A DNA stretch of 64,000 nucleotides from an uncultured archaeon (GCA_964430885.1 CAYSHM010000006.1:75803-139802), one strand, 5' to 3'. Positions 38,546 to 50,139 are shown, numbered from the stretch's first letter. Numbers and translations: made by a program. Notes: a model not told the origin generated them from the sequence alone.

Positions 38546-40609
38546 TTATCCATCCTCTGCCAATTTTGATTCCAATATGAATTCGATCTTCATCTCCAAA
38601 TGAATTGAAGAGAACATCTCTGGATAGGTTAATGAGCGGGCGTTTATGATCACAAGTACCGTGGTGCTGTTAATCGTATCTGCAGGTGATTGGATTCTCA
38701 TAACCATTACAGTTTGATTTCTACTTTCAAGATATGCTGATGAGCTTTCCCTGAACCATATGTCCAAACCGCGGTAAGGTCCCATTGTTCTCATATCTAT
38801 CACAGAGGTATTAAATACATAGGTGTCATTGGTAATACCCTTGTTGGTAACGGTGATTTCAACACTGTCAATACTTGGTTCATTTCCTACTACTCTCATA
38901 AGTCTTTCGTCGGTTTCAGTGCTCATTTCTATATAGGAAACCTGGGCTCCTACAAGCACATGGTCCACAATTCTGTTTTTACCGCTCTCAATAGCGCTGA
39001 AGTTGATCTTTAACTGCGAACCTAATGGTGTATCGCCCGCACATTTAAACGTGATATTTACTCTGCCTACAGTATCTCCCGGCATTGAAACTTGGATTCT
39101 CTCAAGTTCGTTCCCAACCAATCCATTCATTGGTATCAGATAGGATTTCCCCTTCTGATCCTCACGGATCTTATAGTCCACAGTAATGTTCCATTTATCA
39201 AGCAGATCCGGTCTCAGTTCTCTGAAATCATGATAGGATAATGAGAAGGTCAGAGAATAATCACCCTCGCCTTCGCCGGTATTGTTCAGATATAGCTGAA
39301 TTGAGACACTGCCATTGGGAGACAGGGACCTGATCGGGTCGTTGTAGTGGATATGGATGTCAGGCAGTGTTTGTTTCTCATCCATTATCTCCAGAGGTGC
39401 AGGTATGAAGCATAGGACTAGAATTGCCACGGAAACAACTCCAATAATCTTTTCTTTTGACCTCAGGGGTGTGATGTCGTTTAAAGGCGGAGGATGTTTG
39501 ATACCTAGAAGTATAATAAGCAGTGAAAAGAGGAGCCATCCAGAGAAGAAGAAGTAGCCCATTACCAGAAGGGCCCCCACAGTGATAAAGGACAAGTATT
39601 TCGCTTTCTCACCCAGAAGTCCTCTCCATATATGTCCCCCATCCAGCTGTCCTGCGGGAAGCAGGTTGAATGCGGTAATAAGGAGCCCCACCCAACCGGC
39701 AAAAGCAGTGGGATGGAGCAGATCAAAACTTCCCGTATTAATAAAATTTGAAATGAACATGAACAGAAGAGGCTCTCCTAGGACCATAGTACTTTCTGCA
39801 GAAGCGTCCATTACACCGGGGAATTCCTGGGTAAGAAAGAATCCTATGATGGTAACGGGTATTGCAACAATAAAACCGGCGATCGGTCCAGCTGCACCTA
39901 TTTGGATCAGGGTTTTCTTCGAGGGAATGGGTTCTTTGATCTTAATGAACGCTCCGAATGTTCCCAAGAAACCTATGAATGGAGGGATGGGGATGAAGTA
40001 TGGGAAAGTAGCACTGACCTTATTTCGTACGCTAGCAAGATAATGTGCAGATTCATGGGTTCCCAGAATCAAGAGGAGAGGAAGGGCGAATGATAGGCTT
40101 CCGTAAAGGAGGAGCTTCGGAACAGTAAGCACCTCAAAAATGGATAAGAAGGCACCCCAATCACCGCCGAAATTGGATTCCCAACCTGTGTAGGAAGCCC
40201 AAAGCATGGAACCTGCCCAAATAGTTGTAATCAAGGTTAGTATGAAGAGAATGACGTTCCATTTGGTTATTCTCTTTTCTTCCGGGGGCGCTCTAAATAT
40301 ATATATCTCCGCCCGTCCCATCTTTATTTGGATCTTTGCAAGAAATCCCATATCCTTTAATTGGGTTCGGAAGTTCTCGTATTCCCTGTTCAAAATCTGC
40401 TTGAATTCCTCTCCTGCTGAATTGGGATATTTGGATATATTATAGATTATATAGCCCTTGGTCCTATGAGAACCATCTATCTTGAAATATCGGTTCAGAA
40501 GTGAAGTGATGGATTCATATTCCAAATCGGTGAAGAAATCATTGGGGATTCCTTTGTTTTCAAGATCCCTTCTACCGGTCACCCTGTCAAAGAATCCCTT
40601 TCTTACCAC
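38546..40609 (-). CDS. Site-2 protease family (M50) membrane metalloprotease with large extracytoplasmic C-terminal domain
   Basis: Intramembrane 'HESAHYLAS' HExxH motif flanked by multiple TM helices. Confidence 0.6.
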   Translation of the reverse strand: MVRKGFFDRVTGRRDLENKGIPNDFFTDLEYESITSLLNRYFKIDGSHRTKGYIIYNISKYPNSAGEEFKQILNREYENFRTQLKDMGFLAKIQIKMGRAEIYIFRAPPEEKRITKWNVILFILTLITTIWAGSMLWASYTGWESNFGGDWGAFLSIFEVLTVPKLLLYGSLSFALPLLLILGTHESAHYLASVRNKVSATFPYFIPIPPFIGFLGTFGAFIKIKEPIPSKKTLIQIGAAGPIAGFIVAIPVTIIGFFLTQEFPGVMDASAESTMVLGEPLLFMFISNFINTGSFDLLHPTAFAGWVGLLITAFNLLPAGQLDGGHIWRGLLGEKAKYLSFITVGALLVMGYFFFSGWLLFSLLIILLGIKHPPPLNDITPLRSKEKIIGVVSVAILVLCFIPAPLEIMDEKQTLPDIHIHYNDPIRSLSPNGSVSIQLYLNNTGEGEGDYSLTFSLSYHDFRELRPDLLDKWNITVDYKIREDQKGKSYLIPMNGLVGNELERIQVSMPGDTVGRVNITFKCAGDTPLGSQLKINFSAIESGKNRIVDHVLVGAQVSYIEMSTETDERLMRVVGNEPSIDSVEITVTNKGITNDTYVFNTSVIDMRTMGPYRGLDIWFRESSSAYLESRNQTVMVMRIQSPADTINSTTVLVIINARSLTYPEMFSSIHLEMKIEFILESKLAEDG

Positions 40610-40743
40610 TTATAATCCCTTCAACGCTGTTGAACTAGGTAATCTGGCCCAGATAAAATATAGAAATGAATAGGTATGGAATAACATTTACCAGTTCTAC
40701 CTATCGGCATATAAATATATTTATTATTGTTTTTACTGGAACC

Positions 40744-41070
40744 CTACATCTCCCAGGCTTGTCTACTGATCCCATCCTCGGACCATTTTTTCTTTGTTCT
40801 TTTGATCCGTTTCTTGGGTTTATCGTCCTTCAATCTGATCCTTCCCGGGAAATATTTTAATATCACTACCTCACCGATTGAGTTCACCCATCTGAAGGGA
40901 ACCGATACATCCAATCCTGCATCTATGAGCATGGGATTAGTATTTGTCAAAAGAAGTTGATCGATGTTCTCGTTCACCATATCGATTATCAGGTTGCTCA
41001 CAACTCCAAGGTACTTTCCTTTGGGGGTGTACACATCCAATGAGATTATTTCAGTGTATTCAACTAGCAT
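40744..41070 (-). CDS. PRC-barrel domain protein
   Basis: 108 aa; 'DVYTPKGKYLGVVSNLIID...' typical of small archaeal PRC-barrel proteins; Lys-rich C-terminus. Confidence 0.55.
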   Translation of the reverse strand: MLVEYTEIISLDVYTPKGKYLGVVSNLIIDMVNENIDQLLLTNTNPMLIDAGLDVSVPFRWVNSIGEVVILKYFPGRIRLKDDKPKKRIKRTKKKWSEDGISRQAWEM

Positions 41071-41350
41071 TTATAATACTCCCTCTATAATGTTTAATAG
41101 ATGATGGTCCTGCATGGGAAATCAGACTGATTTCCCTTTATTACATGAACAGTTCCAAGCATATCAGTCAATTGATAAGCACATAATAGCGCTCACCTTA
41201 ATAAAAGTTATCGGAGTATTGCTTTTCAATTATAGCCCAAAATGGTCAATATGATGATATTGAAGGTTAGGTCGATCCATAAGCGTTTATATCCCTAATT
41301 TTAGTGGATTATTAGAGAGCAGGTGGGGAAATTGAAAAGGATGAATGGGG

Positions 41351-42799
41351 TCATTTACTGTTGATTACAATAGTCCTTCCCATAATGTCGCCTATCCTTT
41401 GAGAAAGGGAATTCCTTCTGATGAACAGGATGTTCACCAGGAATAGTCCGCAACATAGTTCGATAAATCGTCCCACGGTTCTGGCGAATATTTTGTCCAG
41501 GGAAGGTGGATCACCATTAACATCCACGATCCTAATGCTAGTTATGATCTTACCGGGGGTCCTTTTGGTTGCATATTCCAAAATAACGAAATAGAAGAAA
41601 AGAACAATCCCCCATGAGGAAACCAATATGTATAAATCTATGACAAAGCCCAGATTGGGGTCGAAGTTCAGCCATAAACTGAAAAGTATTATGGTCAGTA
41701 TCAGAATTATTACCTGATCAATCATGAACGCACCAATCCTCCTTCTCAAGCTTGCCAATCTGTTTGCTTTCGTATCTTCCAATAGATTGAGTAAAAAACC
41801 GCATGTTATCAAACATCTTCTGGATATCTCACTATCTACCTGAGAATTCCTTGAATATTCCCTAAGTAGCCGGTAGTCCCTTTTAGCTTCGGAGTGTATA
41901 AGACTTTCATAATTACCTATATTTTTCACTTTGCCCTTATGGTCTGTTCTAAGGATTGCGTTTATCTGGCCAATTTTTTCCCGAACACTTTTTTCTGCAT
42001 ATCTTACCGCTGATAGGTCTTCACCTTTTTCAAATAGCTCGTGGGCCCTTGCGTGATACAGATCGATTCGATCGGGTTCTGCAAATTCAGGGCTTTTGTC
42101 ATTTTGTATTTGAACAGTAGTCCCAGGCTCAAATGGTTCATTTGATTCCTTGGGGAACATTTTTATTAGCAGCTGATAATAAGGAAATGTTAGTATCAGA
42201 GTGAGCAAAGGAATTATTACCAGAAGGTCCAGGGTATGCGCGCCTCCAATTATACCGACACCCCCTACATCATAACCTAGATAGTCCACCCTAACAAGGT
42301 CCGCACCTATCAACACTCCTAAAGCGCTGATGCAGAAAGCCGATGGTATCATTTTTTCCCATGTACTGAAAGTGGAATACAGCGCGGCAAATACAGTACT
42401 GGCTACAACAGGCAGCAGGTAATCAGGAAACCTTGAAATGATGCCTAATCCCGGTTCAATACTGCTCGATATGAAGGTAAGTCCCGCAACCACAGAGGTA
42501 CCCAATATTATCCATATAGGATTCAGCTTATTGGTATACCAAAAATAGAAGGAAAGGAACATTGGGAACAGCCCTCCTGATAGTTCTATGCCTATCCAGG
42601 ATTTCTGTGTAATAAGAATTGGGAATGAGCCTATACAAAAAAGTATGCCCAAGGCGAATCCCAGAACGACCTCCCTTCTCAGATGGATGTTGCGGGCCAA
42701 TCTTGGAAATTCGCAGTTGATTATATAGAGCAAATTCAAACCAATGAAAGGTGCTAGGATCAATGTCAGACTTCCGATTATATTGATGATCAGACTCAT
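41351..42799 (-). CDS. Polytopic membrane protein with C-terminal RDD-like domain
   Basis: Multiple hydrophobic helices; C-terminal 'IGAFMIDQVIILI...YATKRTPGKIITSIRIVDVNGDPPS...IGDIMGRTIVI' RDD-like. Confidence 0.45.
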   Translation of the reverse strand: MSLIINIIGSLTLILAPFIGLNLLYIINCEFPRLARNIHLRREVVLGFALGILFCIGSFPILITQKSWIGIELSGGLFPMFLSFYFWYTNKLNPIWIILGTSVVAGLTFISSSIEPGLGIISRFPDYLLPVVASTVFAALYSTFSTWEKMIPSAFCISALGVLIGADLVRVDYLGYDVGGVGIIGGAHTLDLLVIIPLLTLILTFPYYQLLIKMFPKESNEPFEPGTTVQIQNDKSPEFAEPDRIDLYHARAHELFEKGEDLSAVRYAEKSVREKIGQINAILRTDHKGKVKNIGNYESLIHSEAKRDYRLLREYSRNSQVDSEISRRCLITCGFLLNLLEDTKANRLASLRRRIGAFMIDQVIILILTIILFSLWLNFDPNLGFVIDLYILVSSWGIVLFFYFVILEYATKRTPGKIITSIRIVDVNGDPPSLDKIFARTVGRFIELCCGLFLVNILFIRRNSLSQRIGDIMGRTIVINSK

Positions 42800-43165
42800 G
42801 CTGTATCAGCTCAAAAACGGGTAATAATAATAATATTGGTTTAATATTACTTGAAATCGATTGTTTGTATTATTTTGTAGGGATTGGCCCCTGCGATGCT
42901 CCATTTCAATATTCTCAAGGATGATTTCTGATAAAAAATGGAACCTAGCTCGACACTTTCAAATATATTTCATCTCAACATGACTTTTACAGAAATTTTA
43001 ATTAACCCTATACTATCTTATTCTCAATAATCAAAAAGAACGGCCCTGAAAATGGCTTTGAGGTCAATCCTCTTCAGTTCGTGAATGTTCCATCCGGGGT
43101 AGTTGATGAATAATGTTGTCGGACAATACTATTCTTGAAAGGTTTCCTTCTAAAACCAGAAGTGT

Positions 43166-45535
43166 GTGAACATGGACAATAGGAATTTGCCCATTAAATT
43201 GGAAGACCAACTTGTTCTTCACCTCTTGAATTTCGGAGGTTTTGAAGAGGAGTACAAGGTTCCTTTCCCCATATCCCAGTTAGGTATCGCACGCATTCTG
43301 AATGCAACCAGGTCTCATATCTCCTACTATATTAAGAAAATGAAGAGAAAAGGGATCATTGTTGAGAGATTAGGCCGGATCATTGATCTCCCCAGAAAAA
43401 GAAAGGTATATTTTCTCACCGATGAAGGACGAGAATATGGCCGGGAACTTGCAGAAAAGATCATGAGAGAAGGTCTGGAAATAGATTTTCGTGGTACAGT
43501 TATAACCATCACTCTGGATAGAGGAATATTTGAGAAAAAAATGACATCGGCGCTTGCTTTGATTCTGGAAAAGGTTGTAAGGGAATTCCCTCAAATTCCG
43601 ACTGCAGTTCAGGATGAAGAGGAAGATTATCTGATCAATCTACCAGGTCAATTGGTCCATCCTGCTTATGGTGAATTGATCACTCCAGAGATGCTGGAAC
43701 TGGTAGAAGAGGCCATTGATAAAGGCCGGAATATTGTCTTGGATTCACCTGCAGAACCTGAACTATCCTTTACATGTCTGGAAGCGTTGGCTCTTAAGAT
43801 TCAGGAATTCTGCAATGTGTTCATTTGGGATTTCAACCGACTCACAACGAGAAACGAGATACACACTCAGCTTCTGAACTTCATAGGAAGGATGGGTGAT
43901 CATTCCCTTCAGTCATGGGGATATGACGAAATAGAGACTGAGGAATTTACAGAGAAGTACAGGGACATAATCACCGGCCTCCCCCTAGTTATTTTGGTAA
44001 GGATCAACTTTTCTTCTGGAAATCTTCTTACCATGGAATCGAAGGAGCACCTTTTGGAAATTGCCTCCAAGGGTAAAATACCTATTATCATGGGGAACAG
44101 TTGCGGTCTAGCGGAAGATGATCCGATATTATCCCGGATCTATGGTGATGAAGCATCCCTATTGAAGTTGGCATTGTCACCGCCCGGGAAGGATGATTTG
44201 CTACTCATCGCGAAAAAAATAAGAGGTGCTCGGGAGGATGAATTGAACCAATTGGAGCAGGGCTTCAAAGAAATGTGCACCCTATGTTCCCAAGCTCCCT
44301 TGATATTGGCGAATATTCTGGTCAGTCCCGGGGAATTTAAAAGGGATCACCTTATTCAGACCTTGGGTTTTTCATCTGAATTACTAGATGCTTTGGAATT
44401 GGATGAACTTTCCATTCTCCATGCAATGTGTGGACTTTCCCACCCTATTGGAAAGGAGCAGCTAAATGAGAAGACCCTTGCAAAATTGGATGAACTCAAT
44501 TCAAAGCTGTTGGTCTATAAGACCGAGGTAGGGTATTGGCTTGGTCCAAAAATAAGGCGTTTGGTTTGCGGAAATTCCACAGATAAAGAAATTGCAACGA
44601 ACTTGCTGGAATTTTACAGGGGGACCCATTATCTGAATGAACATCAGGTTCTGGATACCATAACCCTGTTATTTGAAGCCGCAAATTATCTGAAAAGCCT
44701 CGTTTGGGCAGTTGATTGGAGCAGACTTTATCTCGAAAATCCTTCATTCATTGTAGATATGGATAAACTGCATTTACTGTACGAAGAAATTGATGAAATC
44801 AATCTATCCAGAGAAGTAAATGGTTTACTCATATTACTGCGTGTTTGTCTTCAGATATTCAAGGGCAATCTGGATGAGGCTGAAACCCTGGCAAATGAAG
44901 TTCTGCTCACTGGGGAACAGATGAAAAATGTCACAATTCTGACCAGGGCCAACTATCTTCTGGGAAAGATATATCTCAAGAGGGGGGATCTCCAGGGTTC
45001 TTTAGAAAGGTTTGTGGTTTCCTATAACCTTTCAATAACTAAGGATGAACAGCTGAGTTCCTCTCTTGCTGCACTCTCGATATCTGCGATCTACGGAGGG
45101 ATGGGGGAGTTGAACCGGGCCTTGGCCTATATAGATATGGCTGCAGGAGCTGATAAAGGCATGTTTTTCTCACCTCTGGTTACAACCGTTTATGCAGCCC
45201 AGGCCAGGTTATATAAGGAAAAGGATATTTTGACAAGGGTGGTCTCGGGTTTGACCAAGGCTGGGGACATGGCCATGAGGACTGGTCGGCCAGACGAGGG
45301 TTTCAAGTATATGATGGCCAAGGCCGAGGCGCTTTCCGAAGCGGGTCATGACAAAGAGGCGGCCTATATTCTGGAAAGTGTGGCAAGAAGGGCGGAGGAG
45401 AAGGGTGATGGTCATATAATGCTTCTTGCCTTCAACAGCCTATGGGAAAGATGTTATGCCGATGGAACCCTGTTTCATCAGATATACAAGCAGAAATCCC
45501 AGCATCTTTCAGCCATGCTCAAAAGAAATCATTAG
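43166..45535 (+). CDS. Large winged-helix DNA-binding protein with C-terminal helical repeat (TPR-like) region; putative regulator
   Basis: N-terminal 'ISQLGIARILNATRSHISYYIKKMKRKGIIVER' HTH-like; no Walker A motif seen. Confidence 0.4.
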   Translation: MNMDNRNLPIKLEDQLVLHLLNFGGFEEEYKVPFPISQLGIARILNATRSHISYYIKKMKRKGIIVERLGRIIDLPRKRKVYFLTDEGREYGRELAEKIMREGLEIDFRGTVITITLDRGIFEKKMTSALALILEKVVREFPQIPTAVQDEEEDYLINLPGQLVHPAYGELITPEMLELVEEAIDKGRNIVLDSPAEPELSFTCLEALALKIQEFCNVFIWDFNRLTTRNEIHTQLLNFIGRMGDHSLQSWGYDEIETEEFTEKYRDIITGLPLVILVRINFSSGNLLTMESKEHLLEIASKGKIPIIMGNSCGLAEDDPILSRIYGDEASLLKLALSPPGKDDLLLIAKKIRGAREDELNQLEQGFKEMCTLCSQAPLILANILVSPGEFKRDHLIQTLGFSSELLDALELDELSILHAMCGLSHPIGKEQLNEKTLAKLDELNSKLLVYKTEVGYWLGPKIRRLVCGNSTDKEIATNLLEFYRGTHYLNEHQVLDTITLLFEAANYLKSLVWAVDWSRLYLENPSFIVDMDKLHLLYEEIDEINLSREVNGLLILLRVCLQIFKGNLDEAETLANEVLLTGEQMKNVTILTRANYLLGKIYLKRGDLQGSLERFVVSYNLSITKDEQLSSSLAALSISAIYGGMGELNRALAYIDMAAGADKGMFFSPLVTTVYAAQARLYKEKDILTRVVSGLTKAGDMAMRTGRPDEGFKYMMAKAEALSEAGHDKEAAYILESVARRAEEKGDGHIMLLAFNSLWERCYADGTLFHQIYKQKSQHLSAMLKRNH

Positions 45536-45631
45536 GCTATACCCATACCTTATCTTCGGGATCAGAAAGCAGTTGTTTGTTTTATAATATCTATATTCTG
45601 AAAACTGAACTAGCGCTAGTATAGTAATTCA

Positions 45632-45925
45632 TCATTGCCAATGATTGATATAAAGGAAGATCAGGCCTGCGATATATCCGAGGTTGATCAGGAATATAAG
45701 GATTGTTATAAGATAAAAGCTCTTCTTATTGGTCTTATGGCGAAACAACAACATTGCTGATACCGCACCATATACGCCAGCGAGAAGTGCGAGAATATGA
45801 AGTGTTTTTTCGGGAATTCTATATGCTTTCTTCTTTGCTTTCCGCTTATCGATCCAGTATATAAAAAAAGTGATAAAATTGAACAATAGGACGCCTGCAA
45901 GGATCCACAATATAAAATTTTCCAT
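45632..45925 (-). CDS. Small membrane protein (DUF1294-like)
   Basis: Two or three TM helices; 'WIDKRKAKKKAYRIPEKTL' motif; start taken at internal Met. Confidence 0.4.
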   Translation of the reverse strand: MENFILWILAGVLLFNFITFFIYWIDKRKAKKKAYRIPEKTLHILALLAGVYGAVSAMLLFRHKTNKKSFYLITILIFLINLGYIAGLIFLYINHWQ

Positions 45926-45975
45926 GTGGCTTTCACCGTGAAAGGTATATACCAATTCTATTATGTAAAAATGGA

Positions 45976-47166
45976 TTATTCATGATAGGACAGACTGATT
46001 GCCCAGTCGCCCTTTGACAATTTCGTTGAATTCTTGAAGTTCAATATGGGTTTGCCCTTCTTGTATATTGTGATCACCTTGTCACCGGGTCCGATGGGGA
46101 TTTCCTTAACAAGCATAGGTTTATCGACAACATGCTGGTTTATATCTAATCCTTCAGTTTCCTGACATACGTCAACTATGAAATCCACCACATGTTTCTC
46201 GTCAACGGAGTTGGCCAGAAGTAATCCGTTGACCTTTGAGCTCGGGACCATAGACTTCACACCCGCATGTTCAATAACGTCCATATTCTCTTCATCCTTG
46301 ACAGCAAGGATTACCTTGATATTTTTGTTCAATCTCTTGGCCTTGAGGCTCATCATTACATTGTTCTCATCATTGAGTATGGGAAGAATAATGGTCTTGG
46401 CAGTATCTATATCTGCCTTCCCCAAAACTTCAGTATCGAGAGCGCTTCCGGGGATGAGCTGGATTCCCTTATCTTTCATCTCTATGAAATCCTGGTTTTC
46501 ATCAATAACAACACATTTAAGACCCCTGGAGGTCAATTCCTCGTAAGTTACCTTGCTGGTGGAGTTCCACCCCACAAGTATTACATGATCCTTTAACTTT
46601 TTCTTTTTCAGTCCGCGCATCTTCATAAAGCTGACCTCCACTAATCGAGAGCCCAGTTCCCCGATAACAAGACCAATAGTACTTATACCGAGCATACCTA
46701 CGGCATAGTATAGTATCCTGCCCCAGGTGGTAACAGGGGAAAAATCTCCGAAACCAACCGTTGTAACTGTGGTAAATGTCCAGTAGAAGGATGTATGGTA
46801 ATCATACAGTTCACCTAGTTCAACATTTACCTCGGCTATAGCCCGATTGGTTTTATTGTCCTTTAAATTGTTATCATCCAAGTATTGCTGTATTGCGGTT
46901 TTGTTATCATTTTCGATACCCTGGTTCTCAAAATATCTGAAACCAAATGTTCCCAGGCCGAATGTTATGAGTACCAAAAAGAATATGATCTGAAGATTCC
47001 GGTTCTTCAGTACCGCAAAAATCGTCCGAAAGAATTTGGATAGAACAACGAACATCAAAGAGCCTATGAACAAATGAATAAATATCTTTTCCCTTATTTT
47101 ATCGGGTTTTGGCGAATAATATGTGATCCAAGTACCAGACCTGATGATGTGGCTCAAGTTGTCCAT
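45976..47166 (-). CDS. Potassium channel with C-terminal RCK/TrkA-N domain (MthK-like)
   Basis: Selectivity filter 'TTVGFGD'; Rossmann-like 'HVILVGWNSTSK'. Confidence 0.75.
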   Translation of the reverse strand: MDNLSHIIRSGTWITYYSPKPDKIREKIFIHLFIGSLMFVVLSKFFRTIFAVLKNRNLQIIFFLVLITFGLGTFGFRYFENQGIENDNKTAIQQYLDDNNLKDNKTNRAIAEVNVELGELYDYHTSFYWTFTTVTTVGFGDFSPVTTWGRILYYAVGMLGISTIGLVIGELGSRLVEVSFMKMRGLKKKKLKDHVILVGWNSTSKVTYEELTSRGLKCVVIDENQDFIEMKDKGIQLIPGSALDTEVLGKADIDTAKTIILPILNDENNVMMSLKAKRLNKNIKVILAVKDEENMDVIEHAGVKSMVPSSKVNGLLLANSVDEKHVVDFIVDVCQETEGLDINQHVVDKPMLVKEIPIGPGDKVITIYKKGKPILNFKNSTKLSKGDWAISLSYHE

Positions 47167-48174
47167 CTATTTATGTTTCCACATACTAGGATAGGTATAT
47201 TTCTTCATAATGACCTTTTTAGTAACAACTGCTATACCGTTTCCTGCTTCCAGAACCGCATTTGCGGAAAGTGTGCTTTTACCCAATCCAATGATCTCCC
47301 CTTTTCGGCTCATAATGGCGACACGCTCACCGGAATTGAGGTCCTTCTGTACCTGAAGTATTCCCGTAACCGCCAGATCGGCCCCGTGGCAAACGGCATC
47401 AACAGCGGTATCCTTGGCGATAACCCGGGGTAAACCCCCCACCATTTTCTCCAATGGGTTCAGGATTTCCCTTAATAGTGTTCCATTACCAGATCCTTCA
47501 TATATTTCCCAGCCGTCCTTCAGGGAATGAAGAGTATGGATATTCTCCTCGTCGAAGGGACCCACCTTGGTTCTCCTAAGGGCCTTCAACTGTCCGCCCA
47601 CTCCCAAAGCATCTCCGATATCCACAGCAAGGGTCCGAATATAGGTGCCCCCTTGACAACCGACCCTTATTAGGATGTCCCGTCCTTTGATCTCCAGAAG
47701 ATTCAGGTAATATATTGTTCTTATGCGGAGCCTTCTTTTTACAGCGCTTTTCCTGGGCGGAAACTGGTAGATGTCTCCTGTGAAATCCTCAAAGACCTTC
47801 CTGATCCGTTTCTCGCTGCAATCCCTGTGAAGATGTATTATTCCCACGTACTCTTTTCCGGCATCCTTTAATGCATCCACGATGCGTGTGGCTCTCCCCA
47901 CGGCCACAGGAAGAACTCCAGTTACCTGCGGGTCCAATGTGCCGCAATGTCCTGTCTTCTTGACCTTCAGGATGTCCCTTACCCATGATGAAACCTGATG
48001 ACTGGTAGGGCCGGCCGGTTTATCCAGGAGAATTAGTCCTCCTTCAATAATTTCAGGTATTGTCCTTTCATCCGGTTTCTTACCTGAATCGAACATAATT
48101 ATGTCTTTTTCCTTTATGAGGAATTGACGTTTTTTTTTCCTGATTTCCACGGGTAATTGACCTTTTTCGTCCAT
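47167..48174 (-). CDS. cbf5: tRNA/rRNA pseudouridine synthase Cbf5 (H/ACA RNP catalytic subunit, TruB family with PUA domain)
   Basis: 'LLDKPAGPTSHQV', 'KTGHCGTLDPQVTGVLPVAVGRATR' TruB catalytic motif; C-terminal PUA-like region. Confidence 0.85.
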   Translation of the reverse strand: MDEKGQLPVEIRKKKRQFLIKEKDIIMFDSGKKPDERTIPEIIEGGLILLDKPAGPTSHQVSSWVRDILKVKKTGHCGTLDPQVTGVLPVAVGRATRIVDALKDAGKEYVGIIHLHRDCSEKRIRKVFEDFTGDIYQFPPRKSAVKRRLRIRTIYYLNLLEIKGRDILIRVGCQGGTYIRTLAVDIGDALGVGGQLKALRRTKVGPFDEENIHTLHSLKDGWEIYEGSGNGTLLREILNPLEKMVGGLPRVIAKDTAVDAVCHGADLAVTGILQVQKDLNSGERVAIMSRKGEIIGLGKSTLSANAVLEAGNGIAVVTKKVIMKKYTYPSMWKHK

Positions 48175-48196
48175 AGCTTATTCACCGTTGCAGTCA

Positions 48197-50029
48197 TCAA
48201 TCCACAGTAAGCGTCTTGCTGAGGTTTTTAGGGTAATCTGGATCGATTCCCTTGAATTTGGACCAGTAATATGCCAGCAGCTGGAGGGGTATTACATTGA
48301 TTAGGGGTGCCAGGTTCGGCCCGGCCCTCTGGGTTGCCAGGAAATGAGTGGCATTTTCCCGTAGGGGTCTGGAATCCTCGCTTATGACAATGACCTTTCC
48401 CTTTCTGCATGACACCTCGTTCATATGGGATATTATCATATAGGTGTCCTCCGGGGTTGTTACATATATCACGGGATAGCCCTTCTCCACAATGGATAAG
48501 GGCCCATGCTTGAACTCGCTGGAGTACATCCCTTCGCAATGAGCGTATGTGATCTCTTTGATCTTCAGCGCGCCTTCCATTGCAATGCCGTGACATGTAC
48601 TGTATCCCAGGCAATAACAATCCTCGACGTTGATCATCTTCTTTGCCATTCCCCTGCATTTGGTATCTACCTTTGTTATTGTGCGTGAAAGCAGGTTCGG
48701 GAGTGTGAACAGTTCTTTCAGCAGTTTGCGGTATTTCTTTTCAGAGAGAGTTCGGTTCCTCCATCCCAGTCTTAAGGCAAGGTAATAGAACATGACCAGC
48801 TGGTTAACAAAAGTTTTTGTTGCAGGTACACTTATTTCCAGATCACACACAAGGGGTAGGTATATGTCCGTGTTCAGCATCAATGTTGATCCCAGAACAT
48901 TCAGTATTCCGAGGACTTTGCCCTTCTCCGTCTTTCTAAGGAAGTTCAATCCGTTGATAATGTCCTTTGTTTCCCCGGATTGCGAAACGAAAATGACACA
49001 ATCATCATCCTGAATTGAGTAGCCGTATGCGTCAATGAACTGACCTGCGATTACAGGGATCACCGGTTTTGCGGCAAATTTGTTGAAGAAGTATGAACCG
49101 GTTACCGTGGCATTATATGATGAACCGCATGCTACGATATACAATCGGTTTGATTCCTTGATTGCGGTTATGAAATCTTCAGTAAAGGCGGAGGCCTCAA
49201 GATTGTCAAGAAGCATGGCCGCCCGTTTTGGCTGATCGTGGATCTCCTTCAGCATGAAGTGTTCGAAACCTCCCTTGGTTGCATTCTCAGGATCGAGATC
49301 GCTTTCCTTTGCCTCTCTTTCAATGCGTTCCCCGGTTTCCAGGGAGAAAATCTCATAGTCCTGATGATCATATCTTATCACTTCTCCGTCGTACAGGCTG
49401 AGTATCCTGTTTGTCAGAGGCAATATCGATGGCAGATCGCTTGAACAGCAGATAAAACCATCTCCAATACCCATATACAGGCTGCTTCCCTTTTTGACAG
49501 CATATATCTCGTTCTTTTTTTCAGAGGTGATCAAATATGCATAGTCGCCCACGAGGTCCTCATTACTCCGCATAATAGCTTCCTTCATGTTCTTATAATT
49601 GTTATCCAGATATTTCTCTACTGTGTGGACCACCATTTCCCCATCGTTCCAGCCTCTAACATTGTGGCCTTCTTTGATATAGAGTTCCTTCAATTGGGTG
49701 CAGTTAACGATATTTCCATTATGGGCGCCAACCATTTTACCGGAACAGTCAAGATGCGGCTGTGCGTTCCTTTTGGATGGTCTGCCGAATGTTGCCCATC
49801 TAAGCTGTATGATCCCTCTTGATCCCTTCATGTTCTCAAGTTCATAGTTCTCGGCGACCTGCTCAATGGTCCCGGCGTCCTTTCTGAGATCGATTTGTCC
49901 CTTTTCATCAACAGTGGCGATTCCAACAGAGTCATATCCCCTGTAAACCAGCTTTTTTCCAGCCTCGAGAATTATCTTACCGAGTTCAGGATTGTTCCTG
50001 TCAAATACAATACCGAATATTCCACACAT
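48197..50029 (-). CDS. glmS: Glutamine--fructose-6-phosphate aminotransferase (isomerizing)
   Basis: N-terminal 'MCGIFG' class-II amidotransferase Cys; SIS motifs 'ACGSSYNA', 'SQSGETKD'. Confidence 0.9.
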   Translation of the reverse strand: MCGIFGIVFDRNNPELGKIILEAGKKLVYRGYDSVGIATVDEKGQIDLRKDAGTIEQVAENYELENMKGSRGIIQLRWATFGRPSKRNAQPHLDCSGKMVGAHNGNIVNCTQLKELYIKEGHNVRGWNDGEMVVHTVEKYLDNNYKNMKEAIMRSNEDLVGDYAYLITSEKKNEIYAVKKGSSLYMGIGDGFICCSSDLPSILPLTNRILSLYDGEVIRYDHQDYEIFSLETGERIEREAKESDLDPENATKGGFEHFMLKEIHDQPKRAAMLLDNLEASAFTEDFITAIKESNRLYIVACGSSYNATVTGSYFFNKFAAKPVIPVIAGQFIDAYGYSIQDDDCVIFVSQSGETKDIINGLNFLRKTEKGKVLGILNVLGSTLMLNTDIYLPLVCDLEISVPATKTFVNQLVMFYYLALRLGWRNRTLSEKKYRKLLKELFTLPNLLSRTITKVDTKCRGMAKKMINVEDCYCLGYSTCHGIAMEGALKIKEITYAHCEGMYSSEFKHGPLSIVEKGYPVIYVTTPEDTYMIISHMNEVSCRKGKVIVISEDSRPLRENATHFLATQRAGPNLAPLINVIPLQLLAYYWSKFKGIDPDYPKNLSKTLTVD

Positions 50030-50139
50030 ATCTTCAGGCTATGGAATGGATTTTATTTAAGCTCACGGCCTAGAGTTTAATTTTTAAGAACCATTTTAGA
50101 GAAATACTCGAAACCCGTCTACTGGGCATTTTAGTTTCT